A stretch of 64,000 nt of DNA, taken from the NCBI GenBank assembly GCA_049438185.1, contig JBMTJI010000003.1, positions 64,544 through 128,543 on the forward strand. Reading direction: 5' to 3'. This DNA is from Candidatus Poseidoniaceae archaeon (lineage in GTDB: Archaea > Thermoplasmatota > Poseidoniia > Poseidoniales > Poseidoniaceae). Below are positions 55,649 through 64,000 of this stretch, piece by piece (within the stretch, counting starts at the first letter, position 1; each line of letters begins with the position of its first letter). Under the pieces are notes generated by a model. The model ran no database searches and was not told the origin of the DNA. It saw nothing but the letters and a program-made list of their open reading frames with translations. The position numbers and the translations under genes were made by a program.

Positions 55649-56872
55649 TCAGTTTGCAGAAGCCCGTTCGTGTGTTGTACGGAGAGCAAGTTCTTGGCTT
55701 TGATCAGATTCAGCTGTCTGGCCTTCCAAATCGTCCAAGAAAGTATCAATGATTAGAACAGCCTGCGAACGGCCGTTTTGTATGGTCGAAGTCATCGACT
55801 CCTTTTGACACCTTTCAAGCACTCCATTCAACGCTTGAATGGATGTTGATTTTGGATGAAGAATGTTCACGTTTGGGAACGCTTTTTGAGCAAGAATGGC
55901 ATTGATCTCCTGCTCGACTTGTCCCGGTTCAGGAATGCACATGGACGGAATAGAAATCGTGCCAACTTCTCCTAAGAGCTGAGTGCCTGCAGTTTGGACA
56001 ATCCAATTTGCTGTCAAAAGATCGTGAATAAATCCGTCGTTCGATATTGGTCGAATCTCGACATTGTCGGGGACGTTTTGCGGATAATGTCCATACAACT
56101 TGAGAGAAAGTCCATGCGATTTGGCATGCTCAGCGATGGCTGGGAGGTGCTGAAGAACGCTTGTTCGAAGATAGGCAATTACGTGCGTGTCGGTTGGTCT
56201 CCATGCCCCAGGGAAGAATTCTGGCCTTAGCATTGGCCCGAGAATATGTGCAGTTGGTTTGTTTGGTTTCAGATTGAAACCTTTTGAAACCAAACTTAGT
56301 TGTGGATTAGGAGCAAAAAACCGACAAAGGATTTTAATCGGAAGGAGTTTCAAATGCTGACGAAATGTCAGCAAATCATCCAGCTTTGCATCCAGCGAAA
56401 ACCGTTGAGAATTAAAGGAAATGAATGGAAGTTTCAACTGACGAGCAACTCTTGGAAACGTTGGTTCAAAATCAGAAATGATGGCTTCTATGTTCAACGA
56501 ACGTAGCGTTCTTGCAAACTTTTTTTTCCTTCGTCGTTGCTTGCTAAAGAAGCGAATTGAGGCCAAACCTGTTCGGAGAATTGACACTCGATTTTTGACG
56601 ATAACAAATCGGGGAGTTTCAAGATCATGAACTGAGTTATGACCGAATGTCTCTCGAAGCAATTCCAAGGCGTCGCCGCATGTGAAGAATTCAACTTCAT
56701 GACCCCGTTCAATGAGGCCTTTTCCAAGCGATATCGCTCTTACTGCATGCCCGCGCCCTTCTCCGGCTAGTGCGTAGGCGATTTTCAAGACGCCACCTCT
56801 TCCAAAAGTTCGGGAATCGGGAGGAGGTTGTTGGTCGAGTGCTTCGATTCTCGCATTGAAGCACGCTGGCAC
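55649..56872 (-). CDS. glycosyltransferase family 28-like (MurG/UDP-glycosyltransferase-like) protein
   Basis: The N-terminal IAYALAGEGRGHAVRAISLGKGLIERGHEV resembles the MurG GGTGGH region. The C-terminal half is of the GT-B type. The track start is GTG. The real start is probably near the VLKIAY codon (about 56791), which would reduce overlap with the upstream gene to about 7 nt. Confidence 0.5.
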   Translation of the reverse strand: MPACFNARIEALDQQPPPDSRTFGRGGVLKIAYALAGEGRGHAVRAISLGKGLIERGHEVEFFTCGDALELLRETFGHNSVHDLETPRFVIVKNRVSILRTGLASIRFFSKQRRRKKKFARTLRSLNIEAIISDFEPTFPRVARQLKLPFISFNSQRFSLDAKLDDLLTFRQHLKLLPIKILCRFFAPNPQLSLVSKGFNLKPNKPTAHILGPMLRPEFFPGAWRPTDTHVIAYLRTSVLQHLPAIAEHAKSHGLSLKLYGHYPQNVPDNVEIRPISNDGFIHDLLTANWIVQTAGTQLLGEVGTISIPSMCIPEPGQVEQEINAILAQKAFPNVNILHPKSTSIQALNGVLERCQKESMTSTIQNGRSQAVLIIDTFLDDLEGQTAESDQSQELALRTTHERASAN

Positions 56873-57633
56873 AATGCCCGAATGGTGTCAGATGGCGGTT
56901 GGTAGCGGAGGATATGCATTGTTCCATCCATTGACTCAACGGTTGCAGTACACGAGTCGACCCAATCGCCATCATTCCAGTATTCTACTCCGTTGATACG
57001 TTTGAATTCTGCCTTGTGGATATGACCACAAACAACACCATCGTAACCAAGTCTCATCGCCTCCTCGGTAACGGTTGCTGAAAATCTTCGGTACGTCTTA
57101 CTGCTTCCTTGAAAAGCACGCCTCGCCATAATTGCAAGGGACCATGGTTTCAACCCGACTTTCTTACGAAACCAGGCCACGGGACGGTTCATTTTCATCA
57201 GCAATTGAACAATAGAATGACCTAGACTCGCTAGAAGTCTGCCGTGTCTCATGAATAAATCAAATTTATCACCGTGCAAAATCCAAAGTCTGCGGCCATC
57301 AGCGGTTATATGAACGGCCTCTTTTTGGATTTTGATTCCGTTGATGGAAGTATTTGCCCAGGCTCTGAAAGCATCGTCATGGTTCCCGGGAATGTAAATG
57401 ATGTTCGTGCCGCGCTCTGCTTTTTCCAAAAGGTTCCGCAAGATGTTGTCGCAATCCGTGTTCCAAGACCACTTCCTTCCGAGAACCCATTGATCAACAA
57501 TATCACCGATCAAGTAAATGGTTTCAGCGTCGTGGGATTCTAGAAACGCAAGAAGTTCGGATGACTTGATGCCTCTCATACCAAGATGCCAATCAGAAAG
57601 GAACATTGTGCGATAATGTACCTTTCCATCCAT
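56785..57633 (-). CDS. calcineurin-like metallophosphoesterase (LpxH-like)
   Basis: MFLSDWHLG, IYLIGDIVDQW, PGNHD, ILHGDKFD and CGHIH are the classic MPE metal-ligand blocks, in LpxH-like order. The start is ATG. Confidence 0.7.
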   Translation of the reverse strand: MDGKVHYRTMFLSDWHLGMRGIKSSELLAFLESHDAETIYLIGDIVDQWVLGRKWSWNTDCDNILRNLLEKAERGTNIIYIPGNHDDAFRAWANTSINGIKIQKEAVHITADGRRLWILHGDKFDLFMRHGRLLASLGHSIVQLLMKMNRPVAWFRKKVGLKPWSLAIMARRAFQGSSKTYRRFSATVTEEAMRLGYDGVVCGHIHKAEFKRINGVEYWNDGDWVDSCTATVESMDGTMHILRYQPPSDTIRALCQRASMRESKHSTNNLLPIPELLEEVAS

Positions 57634-57759
57634 GAACAGGGCCTCGGATTTAGCTACACAACCAATTTAGATAGCCCAATCCTTTGGATTCTCCAATGTT
57701 CTATTGAGTACTATTGACCATGATGAGTACGAATGATGTCATTTGAACGCGTCGTGGTT

Positions 57760-57767
57760 TTGATATA
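57760..57767 (+). promoter_or_regulatory. TATA box (TTGATATA) about 26 nt upstream of tRNA-Leu
   Basis: The element lies at the canonical archaeal distance from the tRNA 5' end. Confidence 0.45.
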
Positions 57768-57792
57768 CGCGAGTGTGGCCGTTGAGTTTGTT

Positions 57793-57879
57793 GCAGGGGT
57801 CGCCCAGCTTGGTCAAAGGCGCTGGGATGAGGTCCCAGTCCGTAACGGTTCGCAGGTTCGAATCCTGCCCTCTGCACCA
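57793..57879 (+). tRNA. tRNA-Leu (anticodon GAG), long variable arm, encoded CCA
   Basis: The acceptor is GCAGGGG/CCTCTGC (one G-U pair). The anticodon stem CTGGG/CCCAG carries loop ATGAGGT. The variable arm is CCGT-A-ACGG. The T-arm is GCAGG-TTCGAAT-CCTGC. The discriminator is A and CCA follows. Confidence 0.85.
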
Positions 57880-57920
57880 CTTCTTCCAACAAGTTCACAG
57901 TCTCGATTGTTATCGGAGGC

Positions 57921-58673
57921 ATGAGTGCCATGGCAGATGATGCTCCAAACGTTGACGATATTCGCGATACGGTCATCACACAAATCGTCGAAGGAGGCTA
58001 CGTTACCGCCATTCCTATTGTCGTTTTATCTCTCTATTTGTTTGTTCAAGGTTATCGACGGCTGAGTCTGATCACAGCCATTGCAGGTGCAGCCATTGGA
58101 TATCTTTCCGCAAGCACGCTCTATCCATTCGTACTCGAACTTGGTCTTGCAATCACACTCGACCGATTCCAACTCTTCTCAGCCATGGCTTTTGCAATCA
58201 TTGCCGTTATGATTACCTCAATGTCGATTCGATTGCTTGCTACAGGGTTTGTTTTCATTGTCATTTCTAATGGTATTCAATTGTTGAAGAATTATGGGAT
58301 CAACCCGGAACGTGGAGAATTGCTTCCGGGAATTACGGCGATAATTGCCTTCTTTGTGGGAATGTCCTTCCGCCACATCTTGCCACCAATCGTAGCAGCA
58401 CTACTCGCTTCGATTGGATTGTACGTAGGTGGATGCATCATTCTTGATTTGCCAATGGAATACCTCAACCTTGAGTCTTCTCTCGCACCACTTCTTGTCA
58501 TTCCTAGCGTCATTGCGAGTCTCCTCGTACAACGATGGCACAAGAAAAGAAACAATCCTGATGATATCGCAACGAATGAAGTTCAGCAGCAGCGCCAAGC
58601 AGTGCGACGATCCCATTACCATCCGGAATTGGAAGTTGATACACAATGGGCACGGGGCGGGATTCGAAAGTAA
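57921..58673 (+). CDS. hypothetical polytopic membrane protein
   Basis: The start is ATG. About 6 hydrophobic helices are predicted. The C-terminus is basic. Confidence 0.5.
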   Translation: MSAMADDAPNVDDIRDTVITQIVEGGYVTAIPIVVLSLYLFVQGYRRLSLITAIAGAAIGYLSASTLYPFVLELGLAITLDRFQLFSAMAFAIIAVMITSMSIRLLATGFVFIVISNGIQLLKNYGINPERGELLPGITAIIAFFVGMSFRHILPPIVAALLASIGLYVGGCIILDLPMEYLNLESSLAPLLVIPSVIASLLVQRWHKKRNNPDDIATNEVQQQRQAVRRSHYHPELEVDTQWARGGIRK

Positions 58674-59381
58674 TCAGTCCTCGAAAAAAACTGCAATTTC
58701 TTCTAACGACTTTCGTTGTAAATCAGGTACTTTCGCATCTTCAGCAGGATAGCCAACTGGAAGTACCAGCATTGCATGTTCGTAAGCAGGCCGTTCCAGA
58801 ATGTCTCGTAAGAATCCCATTGGTGACGGTGTGTGTGTTAACGTTACCAAACCCATATTGTGAATGGCATGAATGAACATACCTGCTGCAATACCGCAGC
58901 TTTCGCTACTGTAGTAGGTTGGACCCCATTCGCCATTCGGACGCAACCGTTTCGATTGACGGAAAAGAACGACAACCCATGGCGCATCCGTAAGATGCTC
59001 TTTGACAGCATCCGTTCCAAGAGGTTGAAGGACTTCCCTCCAAGCATCAGGCATTCGATCTTGGTAGGTTTTCCGTTCTTCTGCCTCGGCAGCTTCACGA
59101 ATCTTTTGTTTCAATTCTTGGGATGAAATTGCTACAAAGGTCCAGGGCTGGAGATGGGCTCCACTTGGCGCAGTACCGCCACAAAGTATGGCCCTCTCTA
59201 TCATATGCTTTGGCACGTCACGAGACGAAAAATGGCGTGTTGTACGCCGTTTCCTCATTTCAGTAAGCAGCGATTCAGAACGTTTTTCCATCTCATCTAC
59301 GGAAACCTCCGTCCAATCAAGCGGGATGAATGCGTCGTCGACCATACCTTCACGTGAAGGCCTGTGGTTATCAGTATTCAT
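58674..59381 (-). CDS. nitroreductase-family flavoprotein (iodotyrosine-deiodinase-like)
   Basis: RRTTRHFS...VPKHMIERAILCGGTAPSGAHLQPWTFV is the nitroreductase N-terminal signature. The ATG at 59381 overlaps the upstream gene's stop (TGATG). Confidence 0.75.
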   Translation of the reverse strand: MNTDNHRPSREGMVDDAFIPLDWTEVSVDEMEKRSESLLTEMRKRRTTRHFSSRDVPKHMIERAILCGGTAPSGAHLQPWTFVAISSQELKQKIREAAEAEERKTYQDRMPDAWREVLQPLGTDAVKEHLTDAPWVVVLFRQSKRLRPNGEWGPTYYSSESCGIAAGMFIHAIHNMGLVTLTHTPSPMGFLRDILERPAYEHAMLVLPVGYPAEDAKVPDLQRKSLEEIAVFFED

Positions 59382-62300
59382 CACGCAAACATTGGCTGGA
59401 GAACAACGACTGTACCGCTTACTTCGTGTGCAACGACGAGCATTGGTGCTCCATTCGGACTGTCTGCTGCCGAGATGAAGTCAAGTCCCTCAGGACTGAC
59501 GTGCTCTGACAAGTAGATGTACTGATCAAATACGGGGTTGTTAACATCAGTAACGTCGTAAACAAGAATGCCCCCAGACCGCTCCAATCCAACGAAGACG
59601 TAGGTTTTGCCATACATCTCGCCAGCAACGACACCTTCAGGTTCTGCACCCTTGTCATCGTTACGATTCTGAGTGTATCCGTTGATCCATTCTCCTTGTG
59701 AGACCATGAGATGGCTAATTGCATCGCCACTGTCCCACACGAGCGCTCCGTTGCTGTCCCAAATCGTGAAAGAACGTGCACCGTAACTGCAGATGAAGTC
59801 AAGGTCGCCATCACCGTCTGTGTCGCCACAACCGTTGGCCGTTGTCGTCTTCAATCGGCCGAGTTGAGTCTTGTGAAGGAGATCGGATTCTGTTGGGAAA
59901 ACCGTGTCATCTAGATCCAAGTCATCGAGGCGGACCTCTTCGCTGTAGGCGAGACAGCCGTCGTCCTCGTCGTACTCGAGTCCGCCAGCAGCCAAGCAAG
60001 ATGTTTCATCTGCTGCATCAAACCAGTAATCACGCGCATCGCCTTCGTTAGCAGTTACATAGTACGAACTTCCACCGATTGTGAATGTCGACAATGCATC
60101 CGGCATGTACATGCCTCGAACGTTCTGGTATGTTGCAAAGTTGACACCATCATCCTTGTCAGAGAAGTCGTACATGCCTTGTGAGTAATCCTTGAATCCA
60201 AGGGCTACAACGTCTGTAATCGTTGGGGGCGAAGTTGTCAAATCGATCTTTGCAAATGCGTTGTTCTCCTGAAGAACAACCATTGCAGAGGTACCATCAG
60301 CACTAACTGCGATGTATTCTGGTTCCAAATCCTGACTCAAGTTTGCATTTGGTCCGAACACTCGAACGCCCTCAGTTTGCAATGTTGCAAGCTGGGATTC
60401 AAACGAGTAGAAGTTCAGTTGCGTTACGTCGGATTGAGCAACATTGGCTGCTCCTCCACTCAGATCGATGTAGGAAACCGATCCAACTGGGTCAATTGTA
60501 TACATATCGTTTGGCTCACCTTCGTTCGCTACAAGCACTGAGTTGCCGTCTGGCGTAAATGTAAGCATGTCAGGTAGAGCGCCGGCGCTTACCATAGAAA
60601 TTGCGTTTCCATCAGTATCCATGAACAGAACATACCCTGGGTCTTGCTTGCTCATTCCACTTCCTTCACTGCCGTCTCCTGCGATGGCGATGGCAACGAC
60701 GCCGTCGTGAACGTCAACGCTGTTTGGTTCACCGTTTGTGACGCTAACTCGGTGAACGAGGTAAGGGTCACTTGGGTTTGATACGTCCAAGATGTCGATG
60801 GATCCTGTAACAGCATTAACAACAAAACTGCGATGTGTACCTGCATCGTATGCTGAAATCTCACTTGCACCTTCACCGAGGCCGCTGTCGTATTCACCAA
60901 CGACCATCCAATGAACATCGGAATCGCCCATGACGTTCAATTGATTACCGCAATCAACTGCAAGATGAGCGCCTGTGTCGGTTGCCAAGCACGGTTGATT
61001 CTCAGATTGTTCGACTGGAACGCTTTGGTGTACTGGGCTAACAATGGCGATGGTTCCTGAGACCTCATTGGCAACCAACAACAGAGGTTGGTTTGTTGGG
61101 CTATCTGCTGCGGAAACGAACGTTAGACCTTCTGGGCTAACGTGGTTCGAGAACGTAACGTATTGGTCAAACATTGCACGGGATGGGTTCGTAAGGTCGT
61201 AGACCATGACTCCACCTGCTCGTTCGAGGCCGAGGAATGCGTAATCTGTGCCTCCGTAGGATCCTGTTGTAACGCCTTCAGGTTCAGCACCTTTGTCGTC
61301 GTTACGTGAAGCGGTGTAACTGTTGATGTATTCTCCGTACGTTTGCGTCAAGTGAGAGATTTGGTCACCGGTATCGAACACCAGTTCTCCATTTGAATTC
61401 CAGATGGACATCGAACGTGCACCGTATCCAACGATTTCTTCGTGTTGTCCATCACCATCATGATCACCATCTGCGATGCTGACTTTGAGACGGCCGAGGT
61501 TCTCGTCCAATTGCAATTCTGCCTGAGCGGCTGCGTCGTAGCCGCGCTCTTCCCAATACGTCTCGTTCAGGTTCAAGTCGTCAGCACGGTCTTCGTCAGT
61601 ATAGCCTGGCGTTCCTTCGTATTCTCGACCATCACCTTCGTTGGCAGATACGATGTAATCGTTACCGCCTGATTCAAACAAAGCAATTGCATCTGGCATA
61701 TACATGGACAATACAGGTTGTCCACATGCGAATTCAACACCACCGTCGCGGTCACTAAAGTCGTAGCAACCTTCTGAGTAATCTTTTGTTCCGAGTGCAA
61801 CGATGGAGTCGAGTTCCATATCAACGAGGTCAATGATTCCGAGAGCGTTGTTCTCTTGGAAAGCAACGTAAGCGGTCGAATCATCTGTTGAAACGACGAT
61901 GTATTCAGGTTCAAGATCTTGGGCAACTGTTGAAGAGCCTGGGTTTGCGTACAATCGAACTCCTGAATCAATGAGCGAATTGCGCTGACTGTTGAACTGC
62001 GTAAATGTGATTTGTGTCACCGTACCTGTTGCGACCTCTACGACTGTTACCGATCCTTCAGGATCTACGTCGTAGTTGTCGTTCGGCTGACCTTCGTTAG
62101 CAGACAGGATGTAATCGCCACCGTGAGTGAAGGTCACCATGTCTGGGAGTACACCCGCATCGTATGCGTTGAGGAATACGCCCGCAGTGGAATAAGTGAG
62201 AATGTGTCCATTGCTCATATCGTCGGTTCCATTTGCTACAGCCATTGCAACGAGGCCATTGCTGATTGCAATGCTGTTTGGTTCGCCGTATGTTGAGACG

Positions 62301-62995
62301 TCAATCGTTTGTACGTGTGTAGGGTTGTGTGGGTCTGCAAGAGAAATCATGTCAACTGAGGAATCAACTGCATTCACGTAGAAGGCCGTGTTGGAAGCAG
62401 AATCATATGTTACAATCTCTGCGTATCCTTCACATTCGTCTTCGCCCATGTCACAGTCTTCAGGAGAAGCCTGGAAGCTTCCAATTTCGACCCATGTCAG
62501 AGAAGAAGAATCTTCGTGGCGGAAGGTTACTGAGTTTCCACAATCAACCACGTTGGAATATTGTGAATCGTGCATTGCTCGATCCCAGCAAGCGTATGCA
62601 TCAGCACCGTCGGCGCCATCAGCACCGTCAGCACCGTCAGCACCATTGGAGCCATCAGCACCGTCGGCGCCATCAGCACCGTCAGCACCGTCAGCACCGT
62701 CAGCACCATTGGAGCCATCAGCACCGTCAGCGCCATTGGAACCATCTGCACCATTGCATGCGTGGAACGTTGTGTCACGCTCATCTGTCTCGAGGACACC
62801 ATCGTTGTCGTCATCAAGACCTGTGTAGATGGTTGTCCCACCATCAGGGCAATCTGTTGTTGTTGCTTGTGTTAGGTCGATCAGTGTGACTGAGAGATCG
62901 TCATCGCCTCCATCATCGTTTCCAACACAACCAGCTAGGCCAACGCTCGCCATGAGCGCAATCATCAATAATGCCACCATTTTGTTCAAGTACAT
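59381..62995 (-). CDS. large lipoprotein (1204 aa) with collagen-like G-X-Y repeat tract followed by two tandem beta-propeller-like domains (phytase-like/choice-of-anchor-I-like)
   Basis: There is a signal peptide with a lipobox (SVGLAGC). About 16 G-X-Y triplets (NGADGADGSNGADGADG...) follow. Two homologous roughly 430-aa halves share YAFLGLERAGGVMVYDLTNP...SPEGLTFVSAADSP... and YVFVGLERSGGILVYDVTDVNNP...SPEGLDFISAADSP. The family assignment is from memory and uncertain. Confidence 0.7.
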   Translation of the reverse strand: MYLNKMVALLMIALMASVGLAGCVGNDDGGDDDLSVTLIDLTQATTTDCPDGGTTIYTGLDDDNDGVLETDERDTTFHACNGADGSNGADGADGSNGADGADGADGADGADGADGSNGADGADGADGADGADAYACWDRAMHDSQYSNVVDCGNSVTFRHEDSSSLTWVEIGSFQASPEDCDMGEDECEGYAEIVTYDSASNTAFYVNAVDSSVDMISLADPHNPTHVQTIDVSTYGEPNSIAISNGLVAMAVANGTDDMSNGHILTYSTAGVFLNAYDAGVLPDMVTFTHGGDYILSANEGQPNDNYDVDPEGSVTVVEVATGTVTQITFTQFNSQRNSLIDSGVRLYANPGSSTVAQDLEPEYIVVSTDDSTAYVAFQENNALGIIDLVDMELDSIVALGTKDYSEGCYDFSDRDGGVEFACGQPVLSMYMPDAIALFESGGNDYIVSANEGDGREYEGTPGYTDEDRADDLNLNETYWEERGYDAAAQAELQLDENLGRLKVSIADGDHDGDGQHEEIVGYGARSMSIWNSNGELVFDTGDQISHLTQTYGEYINSYTASRNDDKGAEPEGVTTGSYGGTDYAFLGLERAGGVMVYDLTNPSRAMFDQYVTFSNHVSPEGLTFVSAADSPTNQPLLLVANEVSGTIAIVSPVHQSVPVEQSENQPCLATDTGAHLAVDCGNQLNVMGDSDVHWMVVGEYDSGLGEGASEISAYDAGTHRSFVVNAVTGSIDILDVSNPSDPYLVHRVSVTNGEPNSVDVHDGVVAIAIAGDGSEGSGMSKQDPGYVLFMDTDGNAISMVSAGALPDMLTFTPDGNSVLVANEGEPNDMYTIDPVGSVSYIDLSGGAANVAQSDVTQLNFYSFESQLATLQTEGVRVFGPNANLSQDLEPEYIAVSADGTSAMVVLQENNAFAKIDLTTSPPTITDVVALGFKDYSQGMYDFSDKDDGVNFATYQNVRGMYMPDALSTFTIGGSSYYVTANEGDARDYWFDAADETSCLAAGGLEYDEDDGCLAYSEEVRLDDLDLDDTVFPTESDLLHKTQLGRLKTTTANGCGDTDGDGDLDFICSYGARSFTIWDSNGALVWDSGDAISHLMVSQGEWINGYTQNRNDDKGAEPEGVVAGEMYGKTYVFVGLERSGGILVYDVTDVNNPVFDQYIYLSEHVSPEGLDFISAADSPNGAPMLVVAHEVSGTVVVLQPMFA
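62598..62752. repeat. coding 9-nt tandem repeat (GCACCGTCA/GCACCATTG-type) encoding the collagen-like G-A-D/G-S-N triplets
   Basis: Visible as about 17 consecutive 9-mers inside CDS 59381..62995. Confidence 0.8.
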
Positions 62996-63094
62996 ACTAT
63001 CACTGAACTCCGCATGACTACAAAATAATTACAAGGTTGCAAAGTATTCTATTGATGATACAATAGAATCGGTATCAGTGGTATTAGTCCAACA

Positions 63095-63868
63095 TCACTT
63101 TTCCACGTAACGTTTACGTGCTCTTAACCAACCTTCACTGAAGAAAATTAATGCGTAGAGTGAAGCGAGCCAAAGATGAACATTTGCCATTTCATTCAGC
63201 CAAGAAGGTGCTGTATCAAATGGAACTGCAAAAGCAATAAGCATGGAAAGCCAAACGACGGTTAGTCCATGGAGAATCCATCGGAAGACGCCCAAAATCT
63301 GAGTTGAATTTGCCCTCATTTCAGACATCTGTGAATCGGTTAGTATTGCTGTTAAACCCATGACTTTGTCCAGGGCACTCCCGCCATTCCATCGGATTCT
63401 GCCAAGACGGAATCGATTGATGAAGTCAATGCATGTGAAGACTGTTACCCAAACAACGACCACTTCGAGAAATGAATCAAGGCCCATTAAATCCAGAGAG
63501 CCCCAGGTTGACCAAGAGAACAATATCCAGATCCAAGCAACGAGGAACAATTGGAACAGGCGCGCAAACCTTGCCAATTTTCTGAGCAAAACCAAATCAT
63601 GGGAAAGGATGAACTCAAGCGAAATAAAGAGGCCGACTGTAAGCGTAATGATGCCGCTAGAAGCAAGTCCGAACCATCCAATATCGCCAATGCGCCATGC
63701 TTCCAATAAAGCCACAAACGCCCAGGCAAGAGCGATAACAGAGGCGCCATTAACTGCAGCTTGCATCGTGTACAATGGATCTCTTCCGTCTTTGAGAACG
63801 GACAATCCTCCCATAAGTCGTACTTCGAATCCTGATTCGTCAACGATGCCGCGACTGGCTGCAGTCAT
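63095..63868 (-). CDS. hypothetical polytopic membrane protein
   Basis: The start is ATG. Multiple W/F-rich TM helices are predicted. The upstream region runs off the window. Confidence 0.5.
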   Translation of the reverse strand: MTAASRGIVDESGFEVRLMGGLSVLKDGRDPLYTMQAAVNGASVIALAWAFVALLEAWRIGDIGWFGLASSGIITLTVGLFISLEFILSHDLVLLRKLARFARLFQLFLVAWIWILFSWSTWGSLDLMGLDSFLEVVVVWVTVFTCIDFINRFRLGRIRWNGGSALDKVMGLTAILTDSQMSEMRANSTQILGVFRWILHGLTVVWLSMLIAFAVPFDTAPSWLNEMANVHLWLASLYALIFFSEGWLRARKRYVEK

Positions 63869-64000
63869 ACCTCCAATGGCCTGAATCCGTGCGGCTTCAA
63901 CAATGCTCTCAGATTCATCCTCGTCGCTTCCGTTGGACCAATTTGAACCTCGGCTAGCTGCATGCGCTGCTCCCGTTCCACGGCCCTTTCGACCAGCTGA

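Noticed and set aside
56785-56872. 88-nt overlap between the GT28-like and LpxH-like genes, possibly indicating a frameshift or pseudogene
   Set aside because: The GT ORF's track start is a GTG far upstream. A start near the VLKIAY codon (about 56791) gives the expected MurG-like N-terminus and reduces the overlap to about 7 nt, so no pseudogene is needed.

Overview
This 64 kb window is a densely packed archaeal chromosomal segment of roughly 55 protein genes and 4 tRNAs. Coding density exceeds 90%, and many convergent or co-directional gene ends overlap by 7-26 nt. The archaeal assignment rests on: the conserved rpl18e-rpl13-rps9-rpoN-tRNA-Pro cluster; two PAC2-type proteasome assembly chaperone paralogs; Trm1; an Lrp regulator; and TATA-like boxes about 25-30 nt upstream of tRNAs and of apparently leaderless genes. 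The provided ORF track accepts TTG/GTG as starts, so several starts were moved to the first plausible ATG or signal-peptide start. About 40% of the window (about 25.6 kb) encodes seven secreted or surface proteins. These are a 1437-aa FG-GAP/FN3 protein, a 319 + 837-aa gene pair, a 1555-aa beta-helix protein, a 2651-aa thrombospondin-type-3/DxDxDG calcium-binding protein, a 524-aa TSP3 protein with a (GQ)n array, and a 1204-aa collagen-like plus twin beta-propeller lipoprotein. Most share one architecture: an N-terminal signal peptide, a huge ectodomain, one C-terminal TM helix and a cytoplasmic tail. None carries a PGF-CTERM/archaeosortase signal. This fits a planktonic euryarchaeon with large adhesins, for example Marine Group II/Poseidoniales-like, but that assignment is inference only. 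Housekeeping genes present are trm1, NAD+-dependent ligA (unusual for archaea), enolase, rpoN, rps9, rpl13, rpl18e, tmk, an aspartate-type aminotransferase and an M28 peptidase. The most interesting candidates for undescribed functional modules are: (1) a convergent, 3'-overlapping pair of a DnaQ-like DEDDh exonuclease and a Cas4/RecB-family Fe-S PD-(D/E)XK nuclease, with no cas genes nearby; (2) a cluster of a DDAH-like amidinotransferase, an active Tmk, a P-loop-degenerate Tmk paralog, a GT28/MurG-like glycosyltransferase and an LpxH-like metallophosphoesterase; (3) a wHTH plus pentapeptide-repeat operon; (4) an operon of two secreted proteins sharing a C-x(1-3)-C-H-G motif; and (5) a SAP-domain membrane protein with a zinc ribbon. 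No CRISPR array, transposase, integrase or rRNA was seen.
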